NCBI GenBank assembly: GCA_965644315.1
Contig: CBFFRQ010000064.1
Location: 1-64,000, forward strand
Direction of reading: 5' to 3'
Origin: Caecitellus pseudoparvulus
Taxonomy: Eukaryota; Protista; Bigyra: Bicosoecida
DNA: 64,000 nt
The notes beneath the pieces are model-generated. The model had not been told where the DNA came from, made no database searches, and saw nothing but the letters and a program-made list of their open reading frames with translations. Positions 1 to 8,559 of the stretch are shown piece by piece; the first letter of the stretch is position 1; the number at the start of each line of letters is the position of its first letter. A program made the translations under genes and the position numbers.

Positions 1-3000
1 CAGTCACAGCTGTCTTGATCACATGCACAGCATTTTCCAATTGCTCAGCAGAGGAGACAAAGTCAGGCAGAGCAGCCCTCATTTTGTGCCTCCTTTGTAT
101 TCGGCCAACACGCGCATTCTCAAGCTCTTGCGTCTTTTCGTGCAATCTTCTCAAGACCCCCTCCATGAAGTTTAGCCCTGGGAGCAGGCCTGCCTTCTTG
201 ATATCCATGATGCATGCCACTGCAATATTTGCTGGGACTTTGCTCTTCATGTAATGTTCCACGGCATCTGTTGCAAGTGTAGCCACTTCCGGCGGGATGA
301 GCTTGGACAGGACAGGGGAGTGCTCCAGCACGACAGCAAGCACAAAGAGAAGCATGTACACGAATGAGCTCTGCTCTTCGCCCTCAGACGCCTCCACCAC
401 AGCTTGGATTGCGCCAGAAAGATCCCGCGCAGAAGACGACGTTTGCAAGTTGAAGGTGAACGCAGATTCTGCAAGAACGGGGACTGCCCAGTGTGGTACT
501 CTTTGAGCGGCCGCGGCACCTGAGCCTTCGCTACCTGCAACAAACGCCCGAGCCTCCTCAGCACTGCCGAGTTGACCGATGGCTGCCAACCGCTGGGTCA
601 CATGCTCAACTGCAGCGTCCATTTCTTCGGCTGGCGCTGCCTTGAGAGCTGTAGACGCCGCGTGCACCAAGTACCGGCGCATTGCGAAAGCAATGATGGG
701 GAGGACGTTTAGTTTGTGCATGAATGTCGCATTTCGAACTGTGCTGTATGCCTGCATCATGAAGGTCTTGCCCACTCCAGTGTCACCGGACATTAGCACA
801 GGCTGCCGCGAAAGGCAACGCTGGTGCACGTTCAACATGTTCATGAGCACGAATGGCGTGAGGATGAAACCACGAGATTCCAGAGCAGGCTGCAGGAGAC
901 TCGTGTTCAGCATGCCCAAAGTGGGCGCAATTGTCATTCGCATGTGGGCCAGCTTGACTTCATCCATGGCACGATCCTCACAAACTGACAGCACGAATGG
1001 ATGCGACGAGTCAATGCCGAACACTGTCGCAGGGGGTTCTTGTCGGTCTCGGCTGGACACCATGATGCTCCAATCAAGTACCTTGTTCTCACGATCGGTT
1101 AAGGCTTTCACACCTGTGTCCATCACGGAACTGAACACGCTGCTGTACCTCACCTTCTCGCTGGAATCTGTGGCGACTCGGCAGCTCTCGGACAGGATGA
1201 CGTTCAGCACTGGTCGCCAGAAGTCGTCGATGCACAGGTCAAACATCTGTCCTAAAGTCGCCTCTGAGTCTAAAGTCTCATCGCCGTACACACCAGAGTT
1301 GAATGCTTTCAAGTGCTTCTTCTGGAGAGAGAACAGTTCCGGAGTGGGGGTTATGTTAACGATGCTTGGAGCAGTGCCTGCGTGTACGAGCCCTCGACCT
1401 CGTCGCTTCATCTGCTGATCTGCAGGGGGTGGTATTCGAGCGGCGTTGTGCTCGCCCGCCTCCAGGAGGTTTCGCCACAGTCGAGACAGAACCTTGACAA
1501 AGGCTCCAAGATGGCCAACGGTGGGTGGGCCGGTGCGCCAGCCGCCGCCTGACGACGGCTGCGACTTCAATCCTTGGAGCACCGCCAGGCTTGTCAGTCC
1601 TTGGTGCAGGATGTGCCGACATGCATCGTCCGTTAATTCTGGAAGCTTGGAACGGACCAGTCGGCCCATCTCGCGGATGTCTTTCACGGACTCTTGAAAC
1701 GCTTGGTGGACAGCGTCAGTCGCCCCGCCAAGAGCAGACGCGAGCCCTATTGCCAAGCATGCATCTCGCCATGCCTCATCGATGACAATGTGCTGCAGCC
1801 CTGAGTGTGTAGCAGTCCACGTGGCTGGCAGAAGGGACAGAATAGGGAGCTTTGGCAAGAAGGGGTGGTCTCGGGGCTCGGTAGTGCCGGTTACGGGTGG
1901 CCAAGCTGGCTGCTTTCCGTGCTTCACGATGGCAGGCAGCTCCACCACCACATGGAGCTTGAAGTCAGGGCGGAATCCAGAGACCGTGCCATGCGCTGAA
2001 TCCCCCAGACAGTTGCACAAGGCAAGGTGTGCAAGAATACTGTCAAGCATAGCCAAGTCAGCCCCTTCTGTGAGCGACAAGTGCAGCCCCCAAACATTCA
2101 GGGAGCTGTCCCCGCACAGCGCAGTCGTGTACGCTTCAATCAGCGAGTCTGCAGTGAAGCCCTCGTGAACGTGAAAGCTGCTCACGTTTGAGCCTGCTAC
2201 TTTGCTCAGCTTCTGTAGAGCTTCGGTGGTTTTACCACACCCTGGGCCGCCTGTGACGACCTCAAGTCCGGCCAGGTGTTGCATGCTCTTGCCAATGTCT
2301 GCAGTCAAGGACTGGACGTCAGCCTCAGAAGGCTCCGGGCACAGTGGTAGCTCTGGAAGTTCAGTGAACATACCCACACCTGCAGGAGAAGTAAAGATGA
2401 GGTGCACATGCACACGCAGAGGTTGCCCGGCCACAGCAGCAGCGAGTTGCTCCAGCACAGTGGTCGGCAAGGTGTTGGGAGCAAGCACGTATGCGTAGCC
2501 ATAGGAGGCATCAGCGCACGCCAAGCAAGTCAAGAAGTCACTCAGATCGATGGGTGTTGTCGAGGCAGAGCATGAGAGCACTTGGTGAGGAGCAGGAAAT
2601 GAGTCCTTTGCTGCTCGAGAATGCAACAGGCACCCAGCAAGGCAGCTCCGCAGCGACGCGCCGGCACACAGCTGCCAGGTGGCTTGGATGGGGTCAGGCT
2701 CCTCCGGGTACCGTTGTACGCTTTGCAGGGCTTGAGCAAAAGCCTCAGCCGCCCAATTGAGTGCCTCACGTGGTGTGGACACTTGCGACAACGACTCGCA
2801 GCTATCCGCCATGGAAGCTGCAACAGCGCTGCGGTTTTCGGCAGCGGAGCCAATTCTTGCAGCCAAGTCGAACACCGCAACCAAAGAGTCCAAGTGCAAG
2901 TCCTCCTGAACTGCGGCTTTCTCTGCATCGGGCTCAGGTTCGCTTGTGCCCTCTCCTGAGGCAGCACCGCCAGGAGCAGCCCTGTCTTTTGCCATGGTCA

Positions 3001-6000
3001 ACACCAGTTCGAGGAGGCCCAGCAGCTGCTGTCGAGGCAAGTGAGACAGGTGTGGGGACAGACTGCGAGCTTTCTCCAGCGCTTCTTTCCACGCTGTCAA
3101 CTCCTCCTCCAAAAAGCCACAGAAAGCCTCCGTGGCCACAAGCAAGTTGCCCTCGTCAGATTCCACTCGCAGTGGGATGTCTCCCACCTTGGCCTGGTAG
3201 GCAGGATGCCCGAGCTGCTGCAAGTTGGACAACAGCTTCGCACAGAGCTGAGATGCTTCATAACTTGCGATGAAGTCATCGATCGCCGGATTCTTGACGG
3301 ACGTTCGCGACAGTCGCGCATTGAAAGCGTTCTCGTTCAACTGCTCTGGGGAGAGCACAAAGCTGGCTGATTCGCCTTGGGAGTACTTGAGCTGCACGCT
3401 TGCATGACCAGCATGGGCAGAAGTTTGGGCTTGGAAGGTCCCAAACTGTACAAAGTCTGGCGCGAGTAGTAAAATAGCTCTGTTACGATTCCCGGATGCT
3501 TCTCCGTCCAAAACATTTCGGAGAAGGTCCCAGTTTGCTCTCAGCTCTTCAAGGCTGCTCACCAACTGGTCAGTCGTGGTAAAGGGCCCATCTGTAGCAG
3601 CAGTATTCAGAAGGTCTCTTAATTTGTCCAGAGTTAGACTCGAGTGCGCCGCTGCTCCAGCTGCTCGCATGTGGGGCAGATTGGCCAGGAGGTCCTTCTG
3701 GTCTGCAAACTTGTCCAGAAGCTGCAAAACGAAGGGGTTCGCAGCTGAAGCTTTCTTCGTGATTTCAATCTTCTCGTCCAAGTTTTCGTCATGGTCTTGC
3801 AGGAAAGCAGTTACCTGCTGCAGTTCAGCAAGTGCCTTGATGCCTCGGAGCTCAATTGAAGAGCAGGACGGAAAAGCGGCCCTGACTTTGCCAAGCAGCA
3901 CCACGCAGTTACTCATCGCAATGCCTGCCAAGTTGCTGATGCAGGGGGACAGCTCGGACTCAACGCGCCCAGCTTCGTCTCTGGACCACACCCCGAAAGT
4001 GAGCAGCGCTTCACAGCACGAAAGAATTACACCTTTGAACGTCCACAGCTCTAGGCCAGCATTCAGGGCAGCCAGGCGAGCTTCGAGGCTGGCTGTGGAC
4101 GACCCTGGCTCGAGCTGGAAGAAAGTCGCCACCGATCGCATTTCCGTCGCAAGATCTGCCGAGTCAAACTTGGTGTCTGTCAGCAACCCGGTGAGCTGTG
4201 TGCCTGTAAAATCACCAAGCGTGCCTGTATCAGCCAGGACAAGCTCGTTCAACGCCTTGATCGCCTCATCGACTCTGGCATCCACTCTCTTTGCCAGTGA
4301 TTCCCCGTCGCGTGGCCGAGCGCGCTCGTTTGCGGAAGACAGCAAGCTCAGAAACAGCTGATTCAGCGGGCTGCTAAAGTGGCGAAGGGCTGTGTATGTC
4401 TCACGGGTCACGTTCAGCGCAGAGCGGGCTTCGCACACACAGGCTGTGGCATCACACAGCGACATGCCCGACAGCTCGTCCGGTGTGGCAAGGTCGATCA
4501 GCTCTGCGTCAGGCATGGCATCCTTCAGGAGGATGAGGACGGCACCATGCTCATGAAGCAGGGCCGTGGTGTCTGCAAGCTCTGCCTCACACGCTGCGCG
4601 AGCCTCCTGAAACGTGCCGGGTTGCTCCCCACACAAGCTGTCGAGCGCCAGTGCGATGTCATCGTTCCACTCCTCTTCCCATTGCTGCACTTGCGATACA
4701 GAGACGCGTCGCTCTTGAAAGGAAACCAGGAGAGTGCAAATAGACTTGCGGATACCTTCCACGCACTGAAACATGCCAGATAGCCGAGATGATGGCGTGG
4801 TCCTACGAAGCAGCTCAGCCAGTCGAGGTGCATGGTGCCAAGTCAACCAGCCAGCTTGACGTCCTCCGTCGCCGATCCGATGCAAGCATCCAAGCCCGAT
4901 TCCTTCAGTCAAAATAGTCAGAGATGTTGCAGGTGTGTGCTTGTCTTGAAAAAGCGTCTGAACCACCTCGAACTGCAAGTCAAAGGTTGAGGCGCTTGAC
5001 AAGAAACAAGCAGTCAACGACTTGCACAGTTTTCGGTATGAATCTTGCAAAACGGGTGGTGCGCTGTCCAAGGCTTCCTCAGCCTGTAAGCATGCGGTGC
5101 AGTTCAGTACGTGGATGTTTGACAATAATGTGCGCAGCGCATTTGCTGGAGCAGCGTGGCTTCCAAACCGTGAGTCGAGCGCCGCCTTGGGCGTTAACTC
5201 GCGTTGAGAGATGTGCAGAGTGAGCAGTTTTGCGATGGCAATTGTCATTCCCGGGTATGCGTCGGTACCCACAGCACCTGGGTGGTTCAAGATGAAACCA
5301 AGAACTTCAACCAGTGGATGTTTTACCGCCTGCTTTAAGCTGTGCGTTGAAAGGTTACACAATTCTTGCCAGACAGGAAGCGCATCCTTTACGAAATCCA
5401 CGATGGCCTGATTCGCACTATGGGCGCCTTCTTGGTCAACGATGCTGGTGACCTTGTTGAAGAGCCATTGACTCGCAAGCTGGGCTGAGGAACTCGAGCT
5501 GAGCAGACGTAGGAGTTCAGCAAGATGTACACCCTGTGACTTGTAGATCCACTCTCGAGGAAGCGTGGAAAGCAAGTGATCCTCCACTTCGCTTGCTACC
5601 CAACGAGGAGCATTGGCAATCGAAAGCACGCTGTGAAGCAGCTCAACGCGTGATGCCTCCGAGACATCGAAGAAGAGCCGCTGAAGGGTGACACTCGTAA
5701 TTTTCTGCACCACATTTGAGAAGCATGTTGCAAGAGGGCGTGGTGCGCCTTGGGGGCTCAGAGCTGTGTTGAACAGCGTGGTAAAAACACGAACGAAACC
5801 CGATGTCTCATTGCAAAGCTTGCTCTTGGACATGCTTGGTACGCTTTCCATGACAGTGCTCCGCTGGGCTCCAGACAGGCCTACCAACGCCTCTTTGTAC
5901 AAAGAGTCAGCAAACCAAAATGAGAAGAGCATGTCTAGAAACGACTCAAGGGTGTTTGTGCTATCTGCGCAGACTCGCAAGCAATCCAACAACAGCCTCA

Positions 6001-7933
6001 TGACAGCATTCTGCCTCGAGGGGCAGCTGGACACACGACTGAGAGCAACTGCTACTGACAGTGCCGAGTAGGCAGATGCATCAGAATCTGTACCACGTGC
6101 TGCAGACTCTGGAATGCGTGTCAGCCTGTCCCAGTTGCTGGCCCGTGGTCGTCTGTCGCCAGCTCTCAAGACCATGCACAAGGTAAACAGGACAAGTTGT
6201 GCGCTTGCTGGCAACGCGGCACCTCGCTGCCCAGGCTCGGTTGCCTCCAGCAACATGCTTTCTGCGCAAGCCACATACATCGCATGCGATTCTGCATGGT
6301 CATCTACCCAGCTTCGCATCGCCGCCACTGAGCCTGGTTTCAGTTTCCCGAGCCCTGACATGGGAGTTGGAGCACCTAGGGTGAAGAACCGTTTGCAAGC
6401 TTGCTGAAAGGCACTGACACACTGAGACCTTCCGTGGGTGGCATGCATGTCGCAGTTGAGAACAGCTTGAAGCGCTGGCAGCAGCCCGATCGCGTCCGTG
6501 ACAGGCTGGCTTTGCACGTGTTCGAATGCTTCCTTCAACAGCTCCGCAAACTGAACGTGCCAGAAGGGGTCCAACCCAGGAAGCTTCAGCAAGTCTTTCT
6601 CACTCGTGGAAGTGAACACAATGCAGCCTGCTTTAGAGCCAGGTTTGCGGACTTGCTCCAGCTCCTTTTTCAAGTGGCTCACGATTCGTGGAACTGAGTA
6701 TAAAGTAAGCAAACTTCTCGGATCCTTAGGCAAAGGGACACCATCAGCAGTATCTGATTGCTCTGCTGGAAATGTTGTGCTGGAAGTGCCGAATAAGTTG
6801 GACGAATATCCTTGGTTTGCCACGGCATGTGGGGTGTAAGCTGCAGTGTCGCTTGGTACGGACTCCGCTCTGGCAGCAGCAGACCCATCATATGGAGCAC
6901 CGTACGCTTGCGCTGAATAACTAGGAAAGGAACCAGCCGTGCCTGCAAGGTGGTGGTGGCGATACGCTGTCCCCGCCGAACCATGACCAGCTGCAGCTCC
7001 ACCGAATCCTGGCGTCGAAGGAGAGGAAAGCGGCCTCTGGGGTGGAGCGCGAATTTGCGGGTGTGTCTCACGAGTAGAAGCCCTACCATCACGTTCACTT
7101 GGCCAAGGTGAAGAGTTGCCTTCCCCTGTTGGGGTTGGTGAAGGCTCGCGCGATTTGTGAGAGTCAACTCCCAAAGTGCCTGGCCCCATCGCTTGCTCCT
7201 GGTCTCCAAATTCCCCCGGACCGCCTGCAACACCAGCTTGGCCGATGTGATTCAGGCCTGGAGTGACAGTTTCCGCACTCTCTTGCTCTGCCTCATCTGT
7301 CGTAGATGCGGGGCTTCCCCATGGCAGCCATGCTTGCTCGGGCTCCCAGCAGCCATCGGTCAACCTGAAGCTCACATCACCAACTACGACCTCGGTAGTC
7401 TCACGACCCCCTTTCACGAAAGCCTTGTTGGTATCCTTCCGCACAAAGTGCCGGATCGTTTCATTCCACTCCACACAGCTTTGCGCCTCGCTTGGCACCC
7501 AGCTGCGTCGCTCCTCATGATCTGAGCGGGTGGCCGCAGCAGCGGCACCTGTCACCACACTTGCTGGGATCTGTGCAGTTCTTTGGGGGGGGGCGTGAGA
7601 GGTATGTGTGCCTGTCAAGATTGGAGATGCGCCACCAGTGCCACTGCTCTGCGCTGCCACATCGGCCTGACCGTGCTGCGTGTCAGTGCTTGAGGAAGCG
7701 AAGCTGGACTCTTGCTCAGTCTCATGATACTCGAAGATGCTGCCATCTGGAGTGAGATACTTGCCCTTGGCATCTTCCCAGCGAAGTATACCAAGGGTGG
7801 GATGGCGAACTGAGTCCAGGCGTCGGCCCCGACAAACGAAACGCCCTTCCTCTTCGTCCCATTCAGCTTCCGCTACCCACAGGATAGCACAAGTTTCAGT
7901 GCCAAGGGAAGGTAAAGCCTCATCAGCTGCCAT
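1..7933 (-). CDS. RNF213/mysterin-like giant AAA+ ATPase (probable E3 ligase); 3' end runs off the window
   Basis: Minus frame (codon first base = 1 mod 3) has an upstream stop at 8192-8194 and first ATG at 7933 (MAADEALPS). The segments I translated were open, and the ORF track lists no ORF in this frame in 1-8100, consistent with one uninterrupted frame. RNF213-like motifs occur in the right order: QVLSCSASTTPIDLSDFL..YVLAPNTL (cf. recalled EVLLCTPATTFEEV); Walker A GGPGCGKT at 2228-2251; LHLSL..DSILAHLALCNCLGD..HVVVEL; FILTPFVLMNMLNVHQRCLSRQPVLMSGDTGVGKT with Walker A at 764-787 (cf. recalled ELTTDN..RCGIPVIIMGETGCGKT). Confidence 0.8.
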   Translation of the reverse strand, partial: MAADEALPSLGTETCAILWVAEAEWDEEEGRFVCRGRRLDSVRHPTLGILRWEDAKGKYLTPDGSIFEYHETEQESSFASSSTDTQHGQADVAAQSSGTGGASPILTGTHTSHAPPQRTAQIPASVVTGAAAAATRSDHEERRSWVPSEAQSCVEWNETIRHFVRKDTNKAFVKGGRETTEVVVGDVSFRLTDGCWEPEQAWLPWGSPASTTDEAEQESAETVTPGLNHIGQAGVAGGPGEFGDQEQAMGPGTLGVDSHKSREPSPTPTGEGNSSPWPSERDGRASTRETHPQIRAPPQRPLSSPSTPGFGGAAAGHGSAGTAYRHHHLAGTAGSFPSYSAQAYGAPYDGSAAARAESVPSDTAAYTPHAVANQGYSSNLFGTSSTTFPAEQSDTADGVPLPKDPRSLLTLYSVPRIVSHLKKELEQVRKPGSKAGCIVFTSTSEKDLLKLPGLDPFWHVQFAELLKEAFEHVQSQPVTDAIGLLPALQAVLNCDMHATHGRSQCVSAFQQACKRFFTLGAPTPMSGLGKLKPGSVAAMRSWVDDHAESHAMYVACAESMLLEATEPGQRGAALPASAQLVLFTLCMVLRAGDRRPRASNWDRLTRIPESAARGTDSDASAYSALSVAVALSRVSSCPSRQNAVMRLLLDCLRVCADSTNTLESFLDMLFSFWFADSLYKEALVGLSGAQRSTVMESVPSMSKSKLCNETSGFVRVFTTLFNTALSPQGAPRPLATCFSNVVQKITSVTLQRLFFDVSEASRVELLHSVLSIANAPRWVASEVEDHLLSTLPREWIYKSQGVHLAELLRLLSSSSSAQLASQWLFNKVTSIVDQEGAHSANQAIVDFVKDALPVWQELCNLSTHSLKQAVKHPLVEVLGFILNHPGAVGTDAYPGMTIAIAKLLTLHISQRELTPKAALDSRFGSHAAPANALRTLLSNIHVLNCTACLQAEEALDSAPPVLQDSYRKLCKSLTACFLSSASTFDLQFEVVQTLFQDKHTPATSLTILTEGIGLGCLHRIGDGGRQAGWLTWHHAPRLAELLRRTTPSSRLSGMFQCVEGIRKSICTLLVSFQERRVSVSQVQQWEEEWNDDIALALDSLCGEQPGTFQEARAACEAELADTTALLHEHGAVLILLKDAMPDAELIDLATPDELSGMSLCDATACVCEARSALNVTRETYTALRHFSSPLNQLFLSLLSSANERARPRDGESLAKRVDARVDEAIKALNELVLADTGTLGDFTGTQLTGLLTDTKFDSADLATEMRSVATFFQLEPGSSTASLEARLAALNAGLELWTFKGVILSCCEALLTFGVWSRDEAGRVESELSPCISNLAGIAMSNCVVLLGKVRAAFPSCSSIELRGIKALAELQQVTAFLQDHDENLDEKIEITKKASAANPFVLQLLDKFADQKDLLANLPHMRAAGAAAHSSLTLDKLRDLLNTAATDGPFTTTDQLVSSLEELRANWDLLRNVLDGEASGNRNRAILLLAPDFVQFGTFQAQTSAHAGHASVQLKYSQGESASFVLSPEQLNENAFNARLSRTSVKNPAIDDFIASYEASQLCAKLLSNLQQLGHPAYQAKVGDIPLRVESDEGNLLVATEAFCGFLEEELTAWKEALEKARSLSPHLSHLPRQQLLGLLELVLTMAKDRAAPGGAASGEGTSEPEPDAEKAAVQEDLHLDSLVAVFDLAARIGSAAENRSAVAASMADSCESLSQVSTPREALNWAAEAFAQALQSVQRYPEEPDPIQATWQLCAGASLRSCLAGCLLHSRAAKDSFPAPHQVLSCSASTTPIDLSDFLTCLACADASYGYAYVLAPNTLPTTVLEQLAAAVAGQPLRVHVHLIFTSPAGVGMFTELPELPLCPEPSEADVQSLTADIGKSMQHLAGLEVVTGGPGCGKTTEALQKLSKVAGSNVSSFHVHEGFTADSLIEAYTTALCGDSSLNVWGLHLSLTEGADLAMLDSILAHLALCNCLGDSAHGTVSGFRPDFKLHVVVELPAIVKHGKQPAWPPVTGTTEPRDHPFLPKLPILSLLPATWTATHSGLQHIVIDEAWRDACLAIGLASALGGATDAVHQAFQESVKDIREMGRLVRSKLPELTDDACRHILHQGLTSLAVLQGLKSQPSSGGGWRTGPPTVGHLGAFVKVLSRLWRNLLEAGEHNAARIPPPADQQMKRRGRGLVHAGTAPSIVNITPTPELFSLQKKHLKAFNSGVYGDETLDSEATLGQMFDLCIDDFWRPVLNVILSESCRVATDSSEKVRYSSVFSSVMDTGVKALTDRENKVLDWSIMVSSRDRQEPPATVFGIDSSHPFVLSVCEDRAMDEVKLAHMRMTIAPTLGMLNTSLLQPALESRGFILTPFVLMNMLNVHQRCLSRQPVLMSGDTGVGKTFMMQAYSTVRNATFMHKLNVLPIIAFAMRRYLVHAASTALKAAPAEEMDAAVEHVTQRLAAIGQLGSAEEARAFVAGSEGSGAAAAQRVPHWAVPVLAESAFTFNLQTSSSARDLSGAIQAVVEASEGEEQSSFVYMLLFVLAVVLEHSPVLSKLIPPEVATLATDAVEHYMKSKVPANIAVACIMDIKKAGLLPGLNFMEGVLRRLHEKTQELENARVGRIQRRHKMRAALPDFVSSAEQLENAVHVIKTAVT

Positions 7934-8189
7934 AGTCTGCGCAAGACGGGCCTTGGTATGGTGATGGGGCCAGCACTTGCGGGTGGGGTGGAGCAACAAC
8001 CTGCCCGACGTTTCCGCAAGCACTTGAGACAATGATGAGCCTGATGTGCTCCCACCCACATTGAGCGACGCCAGACGCAGTGGCAAGGACCACACACACC
8101 ATACGCACTGTTTAAGCCTGCTGTATGTTTTCACGCCGTGGGCCGCTTGAAGGGCAGCTTGAGCGTGTGAAGTTCTGGCCAGGCGGAAA

Positions 8190-8213
8190 CGTCAACCTCA
8201 CGTGAAGTTGACG
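8190..8213. promoter_or_regulatory. 24-bp near-perfect palindrome with a CACGTG core, upstream of the RNF213-like gene
   Basis: CGTCAAC-C-TCACGTGA-A-GTTGACG, one mismatched pair, ~260 bp upstream of ATG 7933. The regulatory role is inferred. Confidence 0.35.
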
Positions 8214-8559
8214 CTGTAGCCACAGGCGTGGCACACAGAGCTGACTAGCTCCAGCGTGCATGACTCAAGTTGGAGCGAAGCTTCAGAATTACGTGATCTG
8301 AAGCATGCGGGATTGTGTGTGGAAGGGAGTGTTGGCTGCCAGTCTACTGAAGACCCCCCCCCCCCCCTTTACAGGGCTACGCCAGCGGCACCGACACGCA
8401 GCCGCGCGGCTTGCTCCGTACTGATACTCGTCTGAGCGCCATTGAAGGACGGGTAAATAGTGCGTCTCGCAAGCAACGTTGAGGGCAGGAAAGATGACAA
8501 CATAGCGACTGTCTGTCCTTGCAGGGGTCAAAACCCGAGACAGCTTGATGCTTCTACAT

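Noticed and set aside
764-2251. Dynein heavy chain or midasin identity for the AAA protein
   Set aside because: Flanking motifs fit RNF213 better, and the dynein GPAGTGKT..FNC signature was not seen. Needs profile confirmation.
579-7964. Many plus-strand ORFs (e.g. 579..1418, 3576..4361)
   Set aside because: They are antisense shadows of the giant minus-strand frame and contain no motifs.
8354-8367. C14 homopolymer and other G/C runs
   Set aside because: Simple runs with no associated structure.
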